64,000 nucleotides of DNA from positions 22,477 to 86,476 of the forward strand of contig CAVSJC010000019.1 of the NCBI GenBank assembly GCA_963728135.1, written 5' to 3'. Of the stretch, positions 51,421 to 60,365 are shown in pieces. The DNA comes from an uncultured Nitrospiraceae bacterium. Its GTDB lineage: Bacteria > Nitrospirota > Nitrospiria > Nitrospirales > Nitrospiraceae. The position numbers and the translations under genes are program-made. The notes under the pieces are model-generated. The model made no database searches and was not told the DNA's origin. It saw only the letters and a program-made list of their open reading frames with translations. The number at the start of each line of letters is the position of its first letter. The stretch's first letter is position 1.

Positions 51421-51439
51421 ATCCGTGTGAGGACACTTC

Positions 51440-52120
51440 ATGGGCCAGCTATTGAGAATTGGTCATCGGGGGGCTGCCGGGCATGCCCCGGAAAACACTT
51501 TGGCAGCGATTCGGAAAGGGATTGCGCTCGGTGTCGATTTTGTGGAGATCGATGTGCGACGTACGGCGGACGGCGTGCTCGTGGTCCTTCATGATGCGAC
51601 GGTGAATCGGACGACCAATGGGAGAGGACGGGTTGATCGCTTCTCACTACCAGTCCTCAAGAAGTTGGAGGCAGGGAATGGCGAAGCCATACCCACTCTT
51701 GAGGAAGCGCTCACAGTGGCGGATGGACGAACGGGACTCGTGCTGGAATTGAAGGTCAAAGGGATGGCTCGAGAGGCCGTTGAATCGGTGCACGCGGCTG
51801 GATTCAAGAACCCCGTCATCTATGCTTCTTTCTTGCATGAGGAACTCACACATGTTCGGGCAGTCAACCCGGAGGCTTCTCTTATGATGCTCTTCGGCCG
51901 TTTGCCTCGTAGCCCTGTCTCCCGCGCCATGGAATATAGAGCTTCCCATGTCGGCCTTCGCCACGACACGGCCACGCGCCGCCTTGTCGAGCGGTTCCAC
52001 GGCGCTGAGATGGTTGTATTCGTCTACACAGCCAATACACTCGGCGACATTCAGCGGGCAGCTTCTATCGACGTCGACGGAATGATATCAAATTTTCCTG
52101 AACGGATTAGCCGACTGTGA
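51440..52120 (+). CDS. Glycerophosphodiester phosphodiesterase
   Basis: IGHRGAAGHAPENTLAA, VEIDV, VVLHD, IPTLEE, LELK, ISNFP. Confidence 0.93.
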   Translation: MGQLLRIGHRGAAGHAPENTLAAIRKGIALGVDFVEIDVRRTADGVLVVLHDATVNRTTNGRGRVDRFSLPVLKKLEAGNGEAIPTLEEALTVADGRTGLVLELKVKGMAREAVESVHAAGFKNPVIYASFLHEELTHVRAVNPEASLMMLFGRLPRSPVSRAMEYRASHVGLRHDTATRRLVERFHGAEMVVFVYTANTLGDIQRAASIDVDGMISNFPERISRL

Positions 52121-52218
52121 CATCACACCAGATGGGTTTCTGAGGAAGCGCGCAGGGAATCCTCGCCCAGTTTATGATGCCCACAGCAGTTCGCCGGTTT
52201 TCCGGCATTATGGTCACG

Positions 52219-52407
52219 ATGCACTGCCTGGTCCAGGCCGGACGGCCGCTTCCGGAAGTGGCCGCGCTCGCCGGTCATCGTGATATCAAGATGACGCTCC
52301 GCTATGCGCATCTGGACCCGAGCCATTTGCGTCTCGGGATCCAGGCGTTGCAAGCGCGACATGTGGGTGACGATCTGGATTCTGTGGAAACGGAGTTATG
52401 CACATAA
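52219..52407 (+). pseudogene. C-terminal remnant of a tyrosine integrase
   Basis: LVQAGRPLPEVAALAGHRDIKMTLRYAHL (box II with catalytic Tyr); N-terminal part absent. Confidence 0.85.
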
Positions 52408-52412
52408 AAATG

Positions 52413-52429
52413 TGTCACGCCGGTGTCAC
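52413..52429 (+). repeat. Arm-type-like repeat, right copy
   Basis: TGTCACGCCGGTGTCAC between the integrase stop and the tRNA 3' end. Confidence 0.65.
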
Positions 52430-52455
52430 GGGAAAATGGGGGAAATGCGAAAGTG

Positions 52456-52533
52456 TGGTGTCCCCAACGGGATTTGAACCCGTGTTACTGCCTTGAAAGG
52501 GCAATGTCCTAGGCCAGGCTAGACGATGGGGAC
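52456..52533 (-). tRNA. tRNA-Glu(TTC)
   Basis: Reverse complement GTCCCCATCGTCTAGCCTGGCCTAGGACATTGCCCTTTCAAGGCAGTAACACGGGTTCAAATCCCGTTGGGGACACCA gives a cloverleaf with TTC anticodon, GTTCAAA T-loop and CCA end. Confidence 0.97.
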
Positions 52534-52718
52534 TTTCGGTCAAAACGACCCGCACTCTTATCATATTCCGGACGCCGATGTCACTACACATTGCCTGCGA
52601 CAGGCCGGCAGGTCGAGCGTGGCTGCACGATCGAGCCTGGTGCGTGCGTTGCCGAAGCCCGGATGGATTGTGCTAGACTGAGCCGATTCGACCCGATCAT
52701 TCCTGAAAGAGGCACATC

Positions 52719-53210
52719 ATGGCAACTCACTGGCGCCGCACGACACAGGCATTCGTGTGCAGCCTGGCGGTCTGTGTCGGACTCTTCGCCGGCTGCGCGC
52801 GTGACACCTACCAACAGCGCGCCGATATCTTGAAAGACCATGTCGAAAATTTCTATAGCAACTTGAAAGCCAATCGGGTGGAAGCCGCCATCCATGAGAA
52901 TGAACAAATTGAAGCGATGGCCGATCAGATGGCCGAGACGGTCAGGAAACGAGCGCAGCGTCAAGGCACCACGCAAGTGGAGCGGGAATTCGCGTTGATG
53001 AAAACGGCCAGAGAAACCGCCGCTGAGAACTGGATTGCACTGGGGCAGTACTTTGCCATCAAGAAGCAGCCGGAAAGGGCCCGCGCCACTTACCAGCGCG
53101 TGATGGACACCTATACGAATCCGACGGAGCGCACGTACCGCGAGCAGGCCGCGCGGGCACTGAAGGACTTGGAAATCATGGCGCCGGCTGCCAGGCGAGA
53201 GAACCCCTAA
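52719..53210 (+). CDS. Hypothetical helical (TPR-like) lipoprotein
   Basis: Lipobox FAGC; helical repeat ENWIALGQYF...ARATYQRV. Confidence 0.7.
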   Translation: MATHWRRTTQAFVCSLAVCVGLFAGCARDTYQQRADILKDHVENFYSNLKANRVEAAIHENEQIEAMADQMAETVRKRAQRQGTTQVEREFALMKTARETAAENWIALGQYFAIKKQPERARATYQRVMDTYTNPTERTYREQAARALKDLEIMAPAARRENP

Positions 53211-53235
53211 CGTCCACGGAATAGTCACTCGCCTC

Positions 53236-53805
53236 GTGCATCACTTCCAGGTCTTCATCATGCCGCTCCCCCTCTGGTTCGGTCTCCTGCTGCTCTCCTC
53301 TCTGACGGGCTGTCAACACACCATTCATGTGAATCAGCTTCCCTCGGAACCGACGGCTACTAAGATTCCACGAGACATTCAGGTCATCGTCGGCCCGCTC
53401 TCAATCGAGGGCGCGGATCATATGCCCGGCATTCCGCTCTTGCAATGGCCGCATCGTGATGTGAGCCAGGCAATCCTCGGATACCTTCAGCGCCGAGAAA
53501 CGTTTTCATCGGTGGCGGCGACGCCGGCCGACCTCGCGCTCGCCATCGCACCAAAGCTCGCGATGAGATCGCGTGAACGTTATCACTACTCGATTCGATT
53601 GCAAGCCGAAATGCGGACGACGACCCGTGCGATTAAAACGTATCTGGCGGAGAAGGAGGAGGAAGGATCGACGGTGCGGTGGGTCACGGCATCAGATCGA
53701 GATCCGATCGAGAAGGCGCTGCAACTGGCGTTAGACGACCTGCTGACTCAAATCGAAACGGACCGGGCCTTGTATCTGACGGGGACCGGGAGCACAGACA
53801 AATAG
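53236..53805 (+). CDS. Hypothetical lipoprotein (start may be 53260)
   Basis: Lipobox LTGC after a hydrophobic stretch. Confidence 0.7.
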   Translation: MHHFQVFIMPLPLWFGLLLLSSLTGCQHTIHVNQLPSEPTATKIPRDIQVIVGPLSIEGADHMPGIPLLQWPHRDVSQAILGYLQRRETFSSVAATPADLALAIAPKLAMRSRERYHYSIRLQAEMRTTTRAIKTYLAEKEEEGSTVRWVTASDRDPIEKALQLALDDLLTQIETDRALYLTGTGSTDK

Positions 53806-53826
53806 CCGATACACCGGCAGGGCGCG

Positions 53827-54486
53827 TTAAGCAAGCGCCTGACGATACCGATTCCAGGCTTCCTGTGCTTGCGTGACCGACGCGGGAGTATAGTCCGGAC
53901 AATCGAGGCGAAGGGCATGCTCGCCGAACGGCGCATTCACGAATTGGCAGTGATGAGGCTGATCGGCGTTGGCATACATGCGGGGGCGGAAATGGTCGCA
54001 GGACACGCACATGCGTGCGACCTGGATTTCACCCTGCAACTGCAAGGCGCGAATGAGTTTCGTGAGGATGGTCAACAGCATGACCTGCTCGGGATGCGAC
54101 AGTTGCTGCGTTGCGGCCGCGAGAATCTCTGGAAACCCGCTCGCATTTTGTCCGGCCTTGGCTCCCTTCGCGGTCAGATGCACGGTCACGACGCGATTAT
54201 CCACTTCGGTCCGGCGTCGGCGCACGAGCCGTTTGTGCTCCAGCGTGCGTATCACTTCCGATGCAGTCGGGAGCTTCACGGATAATTCTCTCGCCACGGT
54301 GGAGACCGTCGCCATCTGATTGGGCCGGGAGCGAAGAAAGGTCAGCACCTGCACTTGTAGTGGCCCCACACCCTGCTGTCCTTTGCGGCGCCATGGCCGG
54401 CTCTTCATGGCCAGACCGATTTTGGAAAGTCCGGTCACCAGACGGTCCGGCAAGGCGTTGTGATCGATTTTCAGCAGTGGTTGCAT
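53827..54486 (-). CDS. MarR-family regulator with Cys/His-rich C-terminal domain
   Basis: wHTH VARELSVKLPTASEVIRTLEHKRLV, DNRVVTVHLT; CVSC...HHC...DC. Confidence 0.82.
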   Translation of the reverse strand: MQPLLKIDHNALPDRLVTGLSKIGLAMKSRPWRRKGQQGVGPLQVQVLTFLRSRPNQMATVSTVARELSVKLPTASEVIRTLEHKRLVRRRRTEVDNRVVTVHLTAKGAKAGQNASGFPEILAAATQQLSHPEQVMLLTILTKLIRALQLQGEIQVARMCVSCDHFRPRMYANADQPHHCQFVNAPFGEHALRLDCPDYTPASVTQAQEAWNRYRQALA

Positions 54487-54675
54487 GGGACAGTCCTTGG
54501 TGAGAAGTAGGAGACAGACGACGTGGGGTAGTCTATGGGGTTCGCTCTCCGCCGTCAAGCCCGCTGGCGCTCCTCTTTCGAGGGAGACTGCCATGACGAT
54601 GCTCTCATCGGCATCACTTCGCCGCCGGCCGCTCAATGTCTTCTGTGTTCAGAAAGTCGACGCGCCCCCGACGCG

Positions 54676-55533
54676 CTATCGCACGACCAGCACGGAACAG
54701 CGAGCGTGTTGAACCACTCGTGTCGAGACGCTCCCGAGTAAGACGCGGCCGATGGCTCCCAATCCTTTCGCCCCCGTGATGATCAAATCCACTTTCTGAC
54801 GTTGGGCAACCGCGAGAATTTCATCGGCCGGTTTGCCGAGCCGGACGGCCTCCTGAGCTTGAAATCCAGCTTTCGCCACCTTCTCCACATAGCGTTGCGC
54901 CACCGCTCGGCCGGCCTCCCGGACTTCAGGATATTTCAGAAAGGGCATGACATGGACGGCCGTCACCATTACGGGTGTATGATCGGACCCCTCAGGCTGA
55001 GGATTCACGTGGCGCAACAGAAACTTGACGGCCTTGTCGGATTCCGGGGAGCCGTCAACCGCCAACAGAATGTGCTTCACCGGTTTCGGCGCCGCCTTGA
55101 CGACCAGCACCGAACAGGGCGCATGGTGGATCGCATAATTCGATGTGCTGCCAAGCATGAACCGGTCCAAGGCATCGAGGCCTCGGGACCCGATGGAGAG
55201 GAGCGCGACGCCCTGCTTCGCATGCTTCACGATCGTTGCGGGAACCCCGCCACGGTCCACCGTCACGGTGCCCTTGAGGCCGAGGGACTCCAGCAATCGG
55301 GAAGATCCCTCCCTGGCGGCCTTCGCAGAGGATTCCATGCGCTTAATCTCAGCCTGGATATATCGCTCCGTTCCCGCGACCACCGGCTGAATCATAAAGG
55401 GCGCGCGCAAGCTGGCCACATCCACGACGTGCAACACACGGACGACCGGAGGCGTGACAAAGGGAACCCGCGCCAGCCATTCAATCGCCCACCGACCATA
55501 TTTGGATCCATCCGTTGCCGCCAAGGCTTTCAT
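54676..55533 (-). CDS. Tandem-domain universal stress protein
   Basis: ATDGS...LGSTSNYAIHHAPCSVLVV and AVDGS...LGSVSTRVVQHARCSVLVVR. Confidence 0.92.
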   Translation of the reverse strand: MKALAATDGSKYGRWAIEWLARVPFVTPPVVRVLHVVDVASLRAPFMIQPVVAGTERYIQAEIKRMESSAKAAREGSSRLLESLGLKGTVTVDRGGVPATIVKHAKQGVALLSIGSRGLDALDRFMLGSTSNYAIHHAPCSVLVVKAAPKPVKHILLAVDGSPESDKAVKFLLRHVNPQPEGSDHTPVMVTAVHVMPFLKYPEVREAGRAVAQRYVEKVAKAGFQAQEAVRLGKPADEILAVAQRQKVDLIITGAKGLGAIGRVLLGSVSTRVVQHARCSVLVVR

Positions 55534-55558
55534 CGCGTTCTTCCTTTCGTCCGTCCGG

Positions 55559-56815
55559 TCACTCCCGCTCGCTGAGCCAGCCGAACCGTTGCTTGAACGC
55601 CTCCGGGGACAGGCCGGCCACCGCGGCGCAACGCGCCAGTTCGGCCGGATCAGTGAAATCCTGCCGAGACAGTCGAATCATATATTGCCGGGCGATCTGA
55701 AACGACTCTGAGGCGGTGTCCACCATCCGGACACGCGCCCGTCCTGTGACCTCATCCACCATCTCCTTGAAGGGAATCGGCGTGAAGCGCCCCTGCTGGA
55801 TCGACACCATGGCCGCCGTTCCGCCCTTTAACAGATACTGTGCGGCGCAATAGCCGAGATCGCGGGTGTACTCGATGTCGTAGGGAATGGGATCGGCGCA
55901 GCGTAGTTCGTACCCCACATTTTTGGCGACGATGGTCATGGAGATGCCCATTGCCTTTAACGCCTTGGTGACCTCGCGCCGCAACACATCTCCGATGTCT
56001 ACTTCGGCCAGGCGAAGATGGCCATGCTCATCCCGCTCGACATGCTCGAGCCCGCCCAGTTCCTGCGGATCGAGCAGTTCAACCAGTCCTTCCGCCAGCA
56101 CCATCACGCCGTCTGTCCGTCCATGGCTCATTCGCTTGAGTATGGTTCCAATCAAGACATCCAGCAGATGCTGCAGTTTGAGCGGACGCTCGTGAAACTC
56201 CTCAGGAATGACGGTCAGCGTCGCGCCGACGGCCTTGCCGATGCCCAAGGCAAGATGACCGGCTTTGCGGCCCATCGTGACCGCGAAATACCACCGCGAC
56301 GTGGTATGCGCGTCCACCATCAGATTCTTGACGATGTCAACTCCGACGTGGCGCGCGGTTTGAAAGCCGAACGTCGGAATGCCGTATGGCAGATCGAGAT
56401 CGTTGTCGATGGTCTTCGGCACGTGCACGACCTTGAGCCGGCCGGCCGACCGTTCTTCCAGTTTGAGCGCGGAGAACGCCGTGTCGTCTCCCCCGATCGT
56501 CACGAGTCGCGTGATCCCGAGCTGCCCCAATACTGAGAGCACGTGATCCAGGTACTCGGCCTTTTTCGTGGGATTCGACCTGGACGTGCCCAAATAGGAT
56601 CCGCCCCGGAAGTGAATCCGGCTGACCTCGTCGATAGTGAGCGGCCGGACGTGACTCGTGCTGCCCTCCATCAACCATTTAAAGCCATCCATGATCCCAA
56701 GCACATCGCATCCTCCGACAATGCTGCAAATCGTCACTGAGCTGATCACACTATTGATACCTGGGGCCGGCCCGCCGCCTACCAACAGACCGACCGTCGT
56801 TCGGGACGTAGTCAT
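55559..56815 (-). CDS. pfp: Pyrophosphate-dependent phosphofructokinase
   Basis: GGGPAPGIN, IGGDDT (Asp of PPi-type enzymes), PKTIDNDL, MGRKAGHLAL, GYELRC. Confidence 0.92.
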   Translation of the reverse strand: MTTSRTTVGLLVGGGPAPGINSVISSVTICSIVGGCDVLGIMDGFKWLMEGSTSHVRPLTIDEVSRIHFRGGSYLGTSRSNPTKKAEYLDHVLSVLGQLGITRLVTIGGDDTAFSALKLEERSAGRLKVVHVPKTIDNDLDLPYGIPTFGFQTARHVGVDIVKNLMVDAHTTSRWYFAVTMGRKAGHLALGIGKAVGATLTVIPEEFHERPLKLQHLLDVLIGTILKRMSHGRTDGVMVLAEGLVELLDPQELGGLEHVERDEHGHLRLAEVDIGDVLRREVTKALKAMGISMTIVAKNVGYELRCADPIPYDIEYTRDLGYCAAQYLLKGGTAAMVSIQQGRFTPIPFKEMVDEVTGRARVRMVDTASESFQIARQYMIRLSRQDFTDPAELARCAAVAGLSPEAFKQRFGWLSERE

Positions 56816-57043
56816 GACCTTCTTACTCCGGTGAAGCCAATGGTGTCCGTCTGATATACACCAAGCCCGCGTACCAAGGCGACGGTATTCTCCGGCGATC
56901 AGGCAATTAACTGCCGTCGCCTGTGGCGCTGCTGAGCGTCATGGTCGGGGCCCGATGCCCCGCGTTCAAGCCGGATCCGTGAAATTAGTGTGTCGCGTCC
57001 CATCCATCGCAGATTGTTTTCGTTTTGAGCGCCCGGATCGAAC

Positions 57044-57059
57044 TTGGCATCTCTCATGC
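57044..57059 (+). promoter_or_regulatory. Possible sigma54 (-24/-12) promoter
   Basis: TTGGCATCTCTCATGC has GG-N10-GC spacing, 100 nt before ATG 57159. Confidence 0.4.
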
Positions 57060-57158
57060 CTCTTGAACCAAGAGGGAGCAGTGGCTTATGACGTACGAAT
57101 GGTACGAGCGCTAGAGCAACAGGCAATCACTCTGTATAACTGCTGGAGGACATACCGC

Positions 57159-58574
57159 ATGATCACAAGGCCGTTCTGTGCCGTCATGGCCATCACCGTC
57201 CTGCTGTCGGGAACGGGCACGGTCACCATCCATGCGGGGCCGCAACCGGCACAAAGCCACTGCAGCGGTCCCTACAAGAAGAAACCGGTTTCTGCAAACG
57301 CGTTGCGGGCACTTCTGCAATCGCATGAGCAGTGGCTCGATCATGACCCGGCGACCACTTCGCGCCGTGCCGATCTCTGCCAAGCAGAATTAACTCGGGC
57401 CGCCCTGGCCGACGCCAATTTGGAACGAGCCAACTTGGAAGGCACGGTGCTTCGCCGGGCCAATCTGCGTCAAAGCAGTCTCGGGCAAGCCAGTATGTCC
57501 GACGTTGACCTTACTCAAGCCGTGCTGGAAGACAGCAATCTCTCGGGAGCCGACCTCCGGCGTGCGAGACTCTCGGGCGCCAATCTCGTCCGCGCCATCG
57601 GCGACGAAGCGGCCCTCTATAATGCAGCCCTCGCGGGAGCGCATCTGAAGGAGTCGTCATTCGAGCGAGCCCATTTTGAAGGCGCCGATCTCACAGGCGC
57701 CGATTTGACTGATGGAAACTTTGTCGACACGTATTTCTATGGTGCCATCCTGCGGCGTGCGATCCTTTCCGGAACGGATCTCAGCGGAGCCGACCTTCGC
57801 CGAACAGACCTGACCAAGGCAAATTTCAATCACGCCAGTCTCCAGGGGGCGCTATTCGACAGCGCTCAACTCGATGAGGCTCAGCTCATCGAAGCCGACA
57901 TGGAGGGAGCCTACTTAGACAGCGTCAGTTTCCACAGAGCCAATCTCGGGCATGCCATTCTGCGCGGAGCGGATATGCGATACGTCGACATGAGAGGAGC
58001 CCGCTTAGAACACGCCGATCTGGAAGGAGCGAATCTCGAAGGCGCCCGTCTCGCACAAGCCCGCTTCAAATCCGCTGCACTGCCTATGGCGATCCTCTAC
58101 CAGGCCACGCTCGATCAAGCCGATTTTCAGCAAGCCAACCTCCATCATGCCGTGCTCATCAGAACGCGGGGATCACAGGTGCGCTTCGCCAAAGCGGATC
58201 TCAGCGAACTGTATGCTCCCGAAGCCGAGTTTCAACAAAGCGAATTCACCGACGTGACGCTGGAGTCGGCGAACCTGGTCGGCGCCAATCTCAGCGGCTC
58301 GCACTTCAGCCGGGCAAACCTGACGCATGCCAACCTAGAGGAAGCCAATCTACGCCGGGCTATGTTCCAGAAAGTCGATATGAGCGGTGCGCGTCTCGAT
58401 GCGTCCGACATCCGTCAGGCACAATTTCGGGGAGTCAATCTCACCTCGGCCACGGGCCTCACTCAGACCCAGCTGGATACAGCCTGCGTGGACGGTGACA
58501 CACGGTTACCGGCCGGTCTCACCCGGCCGGCAGCATGCGCCGCCGCAAGCAAAAAACCTGTGCGCCGGGAGTGA
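57159..58574 (+). CDS. Secreted pentapeptide-repeat protein
   Basis: GGAGGA RBS, signal peptide, long run of A(D/N)Lxx repeats, GLTQTQLDTAC cap. Confidence 0.9.
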   Translation: MITRPFCAVMAITVLLSGTGTVTIHAGPQPAQSHCSGPYKKKPVSANALRALLQSHEQWLDHDPATTSRRADLCQAELTRAALADANLERANLEGTVLRRANLRQSSLGQASMSDVDLTQAVLEDSNLSGADLRRARLSGANLVRAIGDEAALYNAALAGAHLKESSFERAHFEGADLTGADLTDGNFVDTYFYGAILRRAILSGTDLSGADLRRTDLTKANFNHASLQGALFDSAQLDEAQLIEADMEGAYLDSVSFHRANLGHAILRGADMRYVDMRGARLEHADLEGANLEGARLAQARFKSAALPMAILYQATLDQADFQQANLHHAVLIRTRGSQVRFAKADLSELYAPEAEFQQSEFTDVTLESANLVGANLSGSHFSRANLTHANLEEANLRRAMFQKVDMSGARLDASDIRQAQFRGVNLTSATGLTQTQLDTACVDGDTRLPAGLTRPAACAAASKKPVRRE

Positions 58575-58761
58575 TGTCGACGGAGAAATTGAAGTGGTGT
58601 CCGATTGTGGAAGACCGTGGGGCAGGTGCGAGTTCCCAACGACGGAGGCATGTGAGAGAGGATGCGGCTCGATGAGCAGGTCAAAGGGCAACTGATCGCG
58701 GAACTCCAGCCGGCGCACATTCACAACCTGAATGCGCGATGCCGGAGTTCCGACACAGGTA

Positions 58762-58941
58762 TTAGGCGGTCGCGGCTTCGAGTTCTTTCTCAGCTTTTGC
58801 TGCCAGGCTGTTTTTTCTGTTATTGGAGATCGTACGGTCGATGATCGCGCCGCAGTTCAGACACTTCCACGCATAGAACACCAGGAAGAAATCCGAGAAG
58901 CGTTCCAGCATCATCAATCCTTTGCACTTCGGACAACCCAT
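58762..58941 (-). CDS. Small zinc-ribbon protein
   Basis: MGCPKCKGLM...WKCLNCGAIID; GGAGG RBS. Confidence 0.8.
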   Translation of the reverse strand: MGCPKCKGLMMLERFSDFFLVFYAWKCLNCGAIIDRTISNNRKNSLAAKAEKELEAATA

Positions 58942-58990
58942 GATTTTTCCCTCCGTTAGGATGACCCATTGACGTATGTCGGGAGGACTG

Positions 58991-59007
58991 AGCAATTTAT
59001 GGTCCAA
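58991..59007 (-). promoter_or_regulatory. Possible sigma54 promoter of the zinc-ribbon gene
   Basis: Minus strand TTGGACCATAAATTGCT has GG-N10-GC spacing. Confidence 0.5.
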
Positions 59008-59170
59008 CATTGCACGTTGAGTGTTGTCAATGACTTAGCCGGAACAACGTCTAAGCGAGAGTCTGTGGGGACTACTTATACGTACAATGTCGTACGCCCT
59101 GTTATCTTTTTGTGCTCAAACTTGTCCGGACCATCGCTGCCGAACCAGTATCGAGCCGGTAGGCTTCCCA

Positions 59171-59819
59171 ATGCCGATGGGAAACGAACATAGCGTCCGA
59201 ATCAGCCAGGACGGAGTAGCGCTGGATGGAATCCTGGGCGTCCCGCCACAGCCAATCGGCGTCATCGTCTTCGCGCACGGCAGCGGAAGTGGACGGTTGA
59301 GTCCCAGAAACAATTTCGTCGCCCGCCATCTCCAGCAAACCGGTCTGGCGACGCTGCTTCTGGATCTGCTGACGGCGGACGAAGCGGAGGATCGGCGAAG
59401 CCGTCTTCGATATTGATCTCCTGGCCGACCGGCTCCTGCTGGCGAAAGCCTGGCTTGAACAGGACAGGCGGACAACCGGATCCGGCATCGGCTATTTCGG
59501 CGCCAGCACCGGAGCTGGCGCCGCATTGCAAGCCGCAGCCCGGACTCCTTCGATGATCCGTGCCGTGGTGTCGAGGGGTGGACGACCTGATCTGGCGGAA
59601 CCGTATCTGGCCCAGGTGACCGCGCCGACCTTATTGATCGTCGGCGGAGAGGACGAACCGGTGATCACGATGAACCGATCCGCCTACGAGCGGCTGACCT
59701 GTGAAAAGAAATTGATCATTGTGCCGGGCGCCACCCACCTCTTTGAAGAACCGGGCACATTGGAACAAGTGGCCGAGCAGTCCGGCAGATGGTTTGGGCG
59801 ATTTCTGAGACAAGACTGA
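59171..59819 (+). CDS. Alpha/beta hydrolase (dienelactone hydrolase-like), frameshift near 59400
   Basis: VFAHGSGSGRLSPRN; shifted frame VFDIDLLADRL, GYFGASTGAGAAL, VSRGGRPDLA, GATHLFEEPG. Confidence 0.88.
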
Positions 59820-59840
59820 GACTTGGGAGCATGAGGCGTA

Positions 59841-60365
59841 CTACAGGTATCGCTCCTCCACAGACTTCATGATCAGAAGAGCCGCTTCCGGAGCTTGGAC
59901 TATGGTCGTATCGATGGTGATGTCCGGATTGAGCGGAGGTTCGTAGGGCACCTGTAATCCCGGAACGGTGGACGTTTCTCCGCGCCGGCCACGTTCATAG
60001 GTTCCCTTGTAGTCGCGTTGCATACACAGCTGTAAGGGACAGACAACGGCGACTTCCATGAACTTCGGGATAAGACGACGCGCGAAGTCCCGATAGATTC
60101 GCTTTGAGGCCGTGGCGTCGAAGACCACCGTCACGTGGTGTTCAACGAGGCGTGCGCCCGTGAATGCCAAGGCGCGATAGAACAGATCGCGCTCGCCCTC
60201 CGCATACGTCGCATCCGGCGTGAGCACCTGCCTGACTTTGTCAGATTCCAGCACTTCAACGGCCAGATCTAACGCTTCGAGCCGGGGTGTCAGGGCGCGG
60301 ACGATGGTGCTCTTGCCTGAAGCCGGCAGCCCTGTGATCCAGATTGCAAACGAATGTCTACTCAT
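59841..60365 (-). CDS. Adenylyl-sulfate-kinase-like P-loop kinase
   Basis: WITGLPASGKST, RDYKGTY, VPGLQVPYEPPLNPD. Confidence 0.8.
   Translation of the reverse strand: MSRHSFAIWITGLPASGKSTIVRALTPRLEALDLAVEVLESDKVRQVLTPDATYAEGERDLFYRALAFTGARLVEHHVTVVFDATASKRIYRDFARRLIPKFMEVAVVCPLQLCMQRDYKGTYERGRRGETSTVPGLQVPYEPPLNPDITIDTTIVQAPEAALLIMKSVEERYL

Larger units (their letters stand above)
40011..52501. mobile_element. Decayed integrative element at tRNA-Glu carrying lipid-catabolism cargo
   Basis: Direct repeat CCTTGAAAGGG at 40011-40021 and 52491-52501 (tRNA anticodon arm); 17-bp repeats at 40170 and 52413; tyrosine-integrase remnant beside the tRNA. Confidence 0.72.

Noticed and set aside
57350-58450. 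Periodic GCCGATCT/GCCAATCT-like DNA repeats
   Set aside because: Explained by pentapeptide-repeat coding; there is no repeat-spacer structure, so it is not CRISPR.
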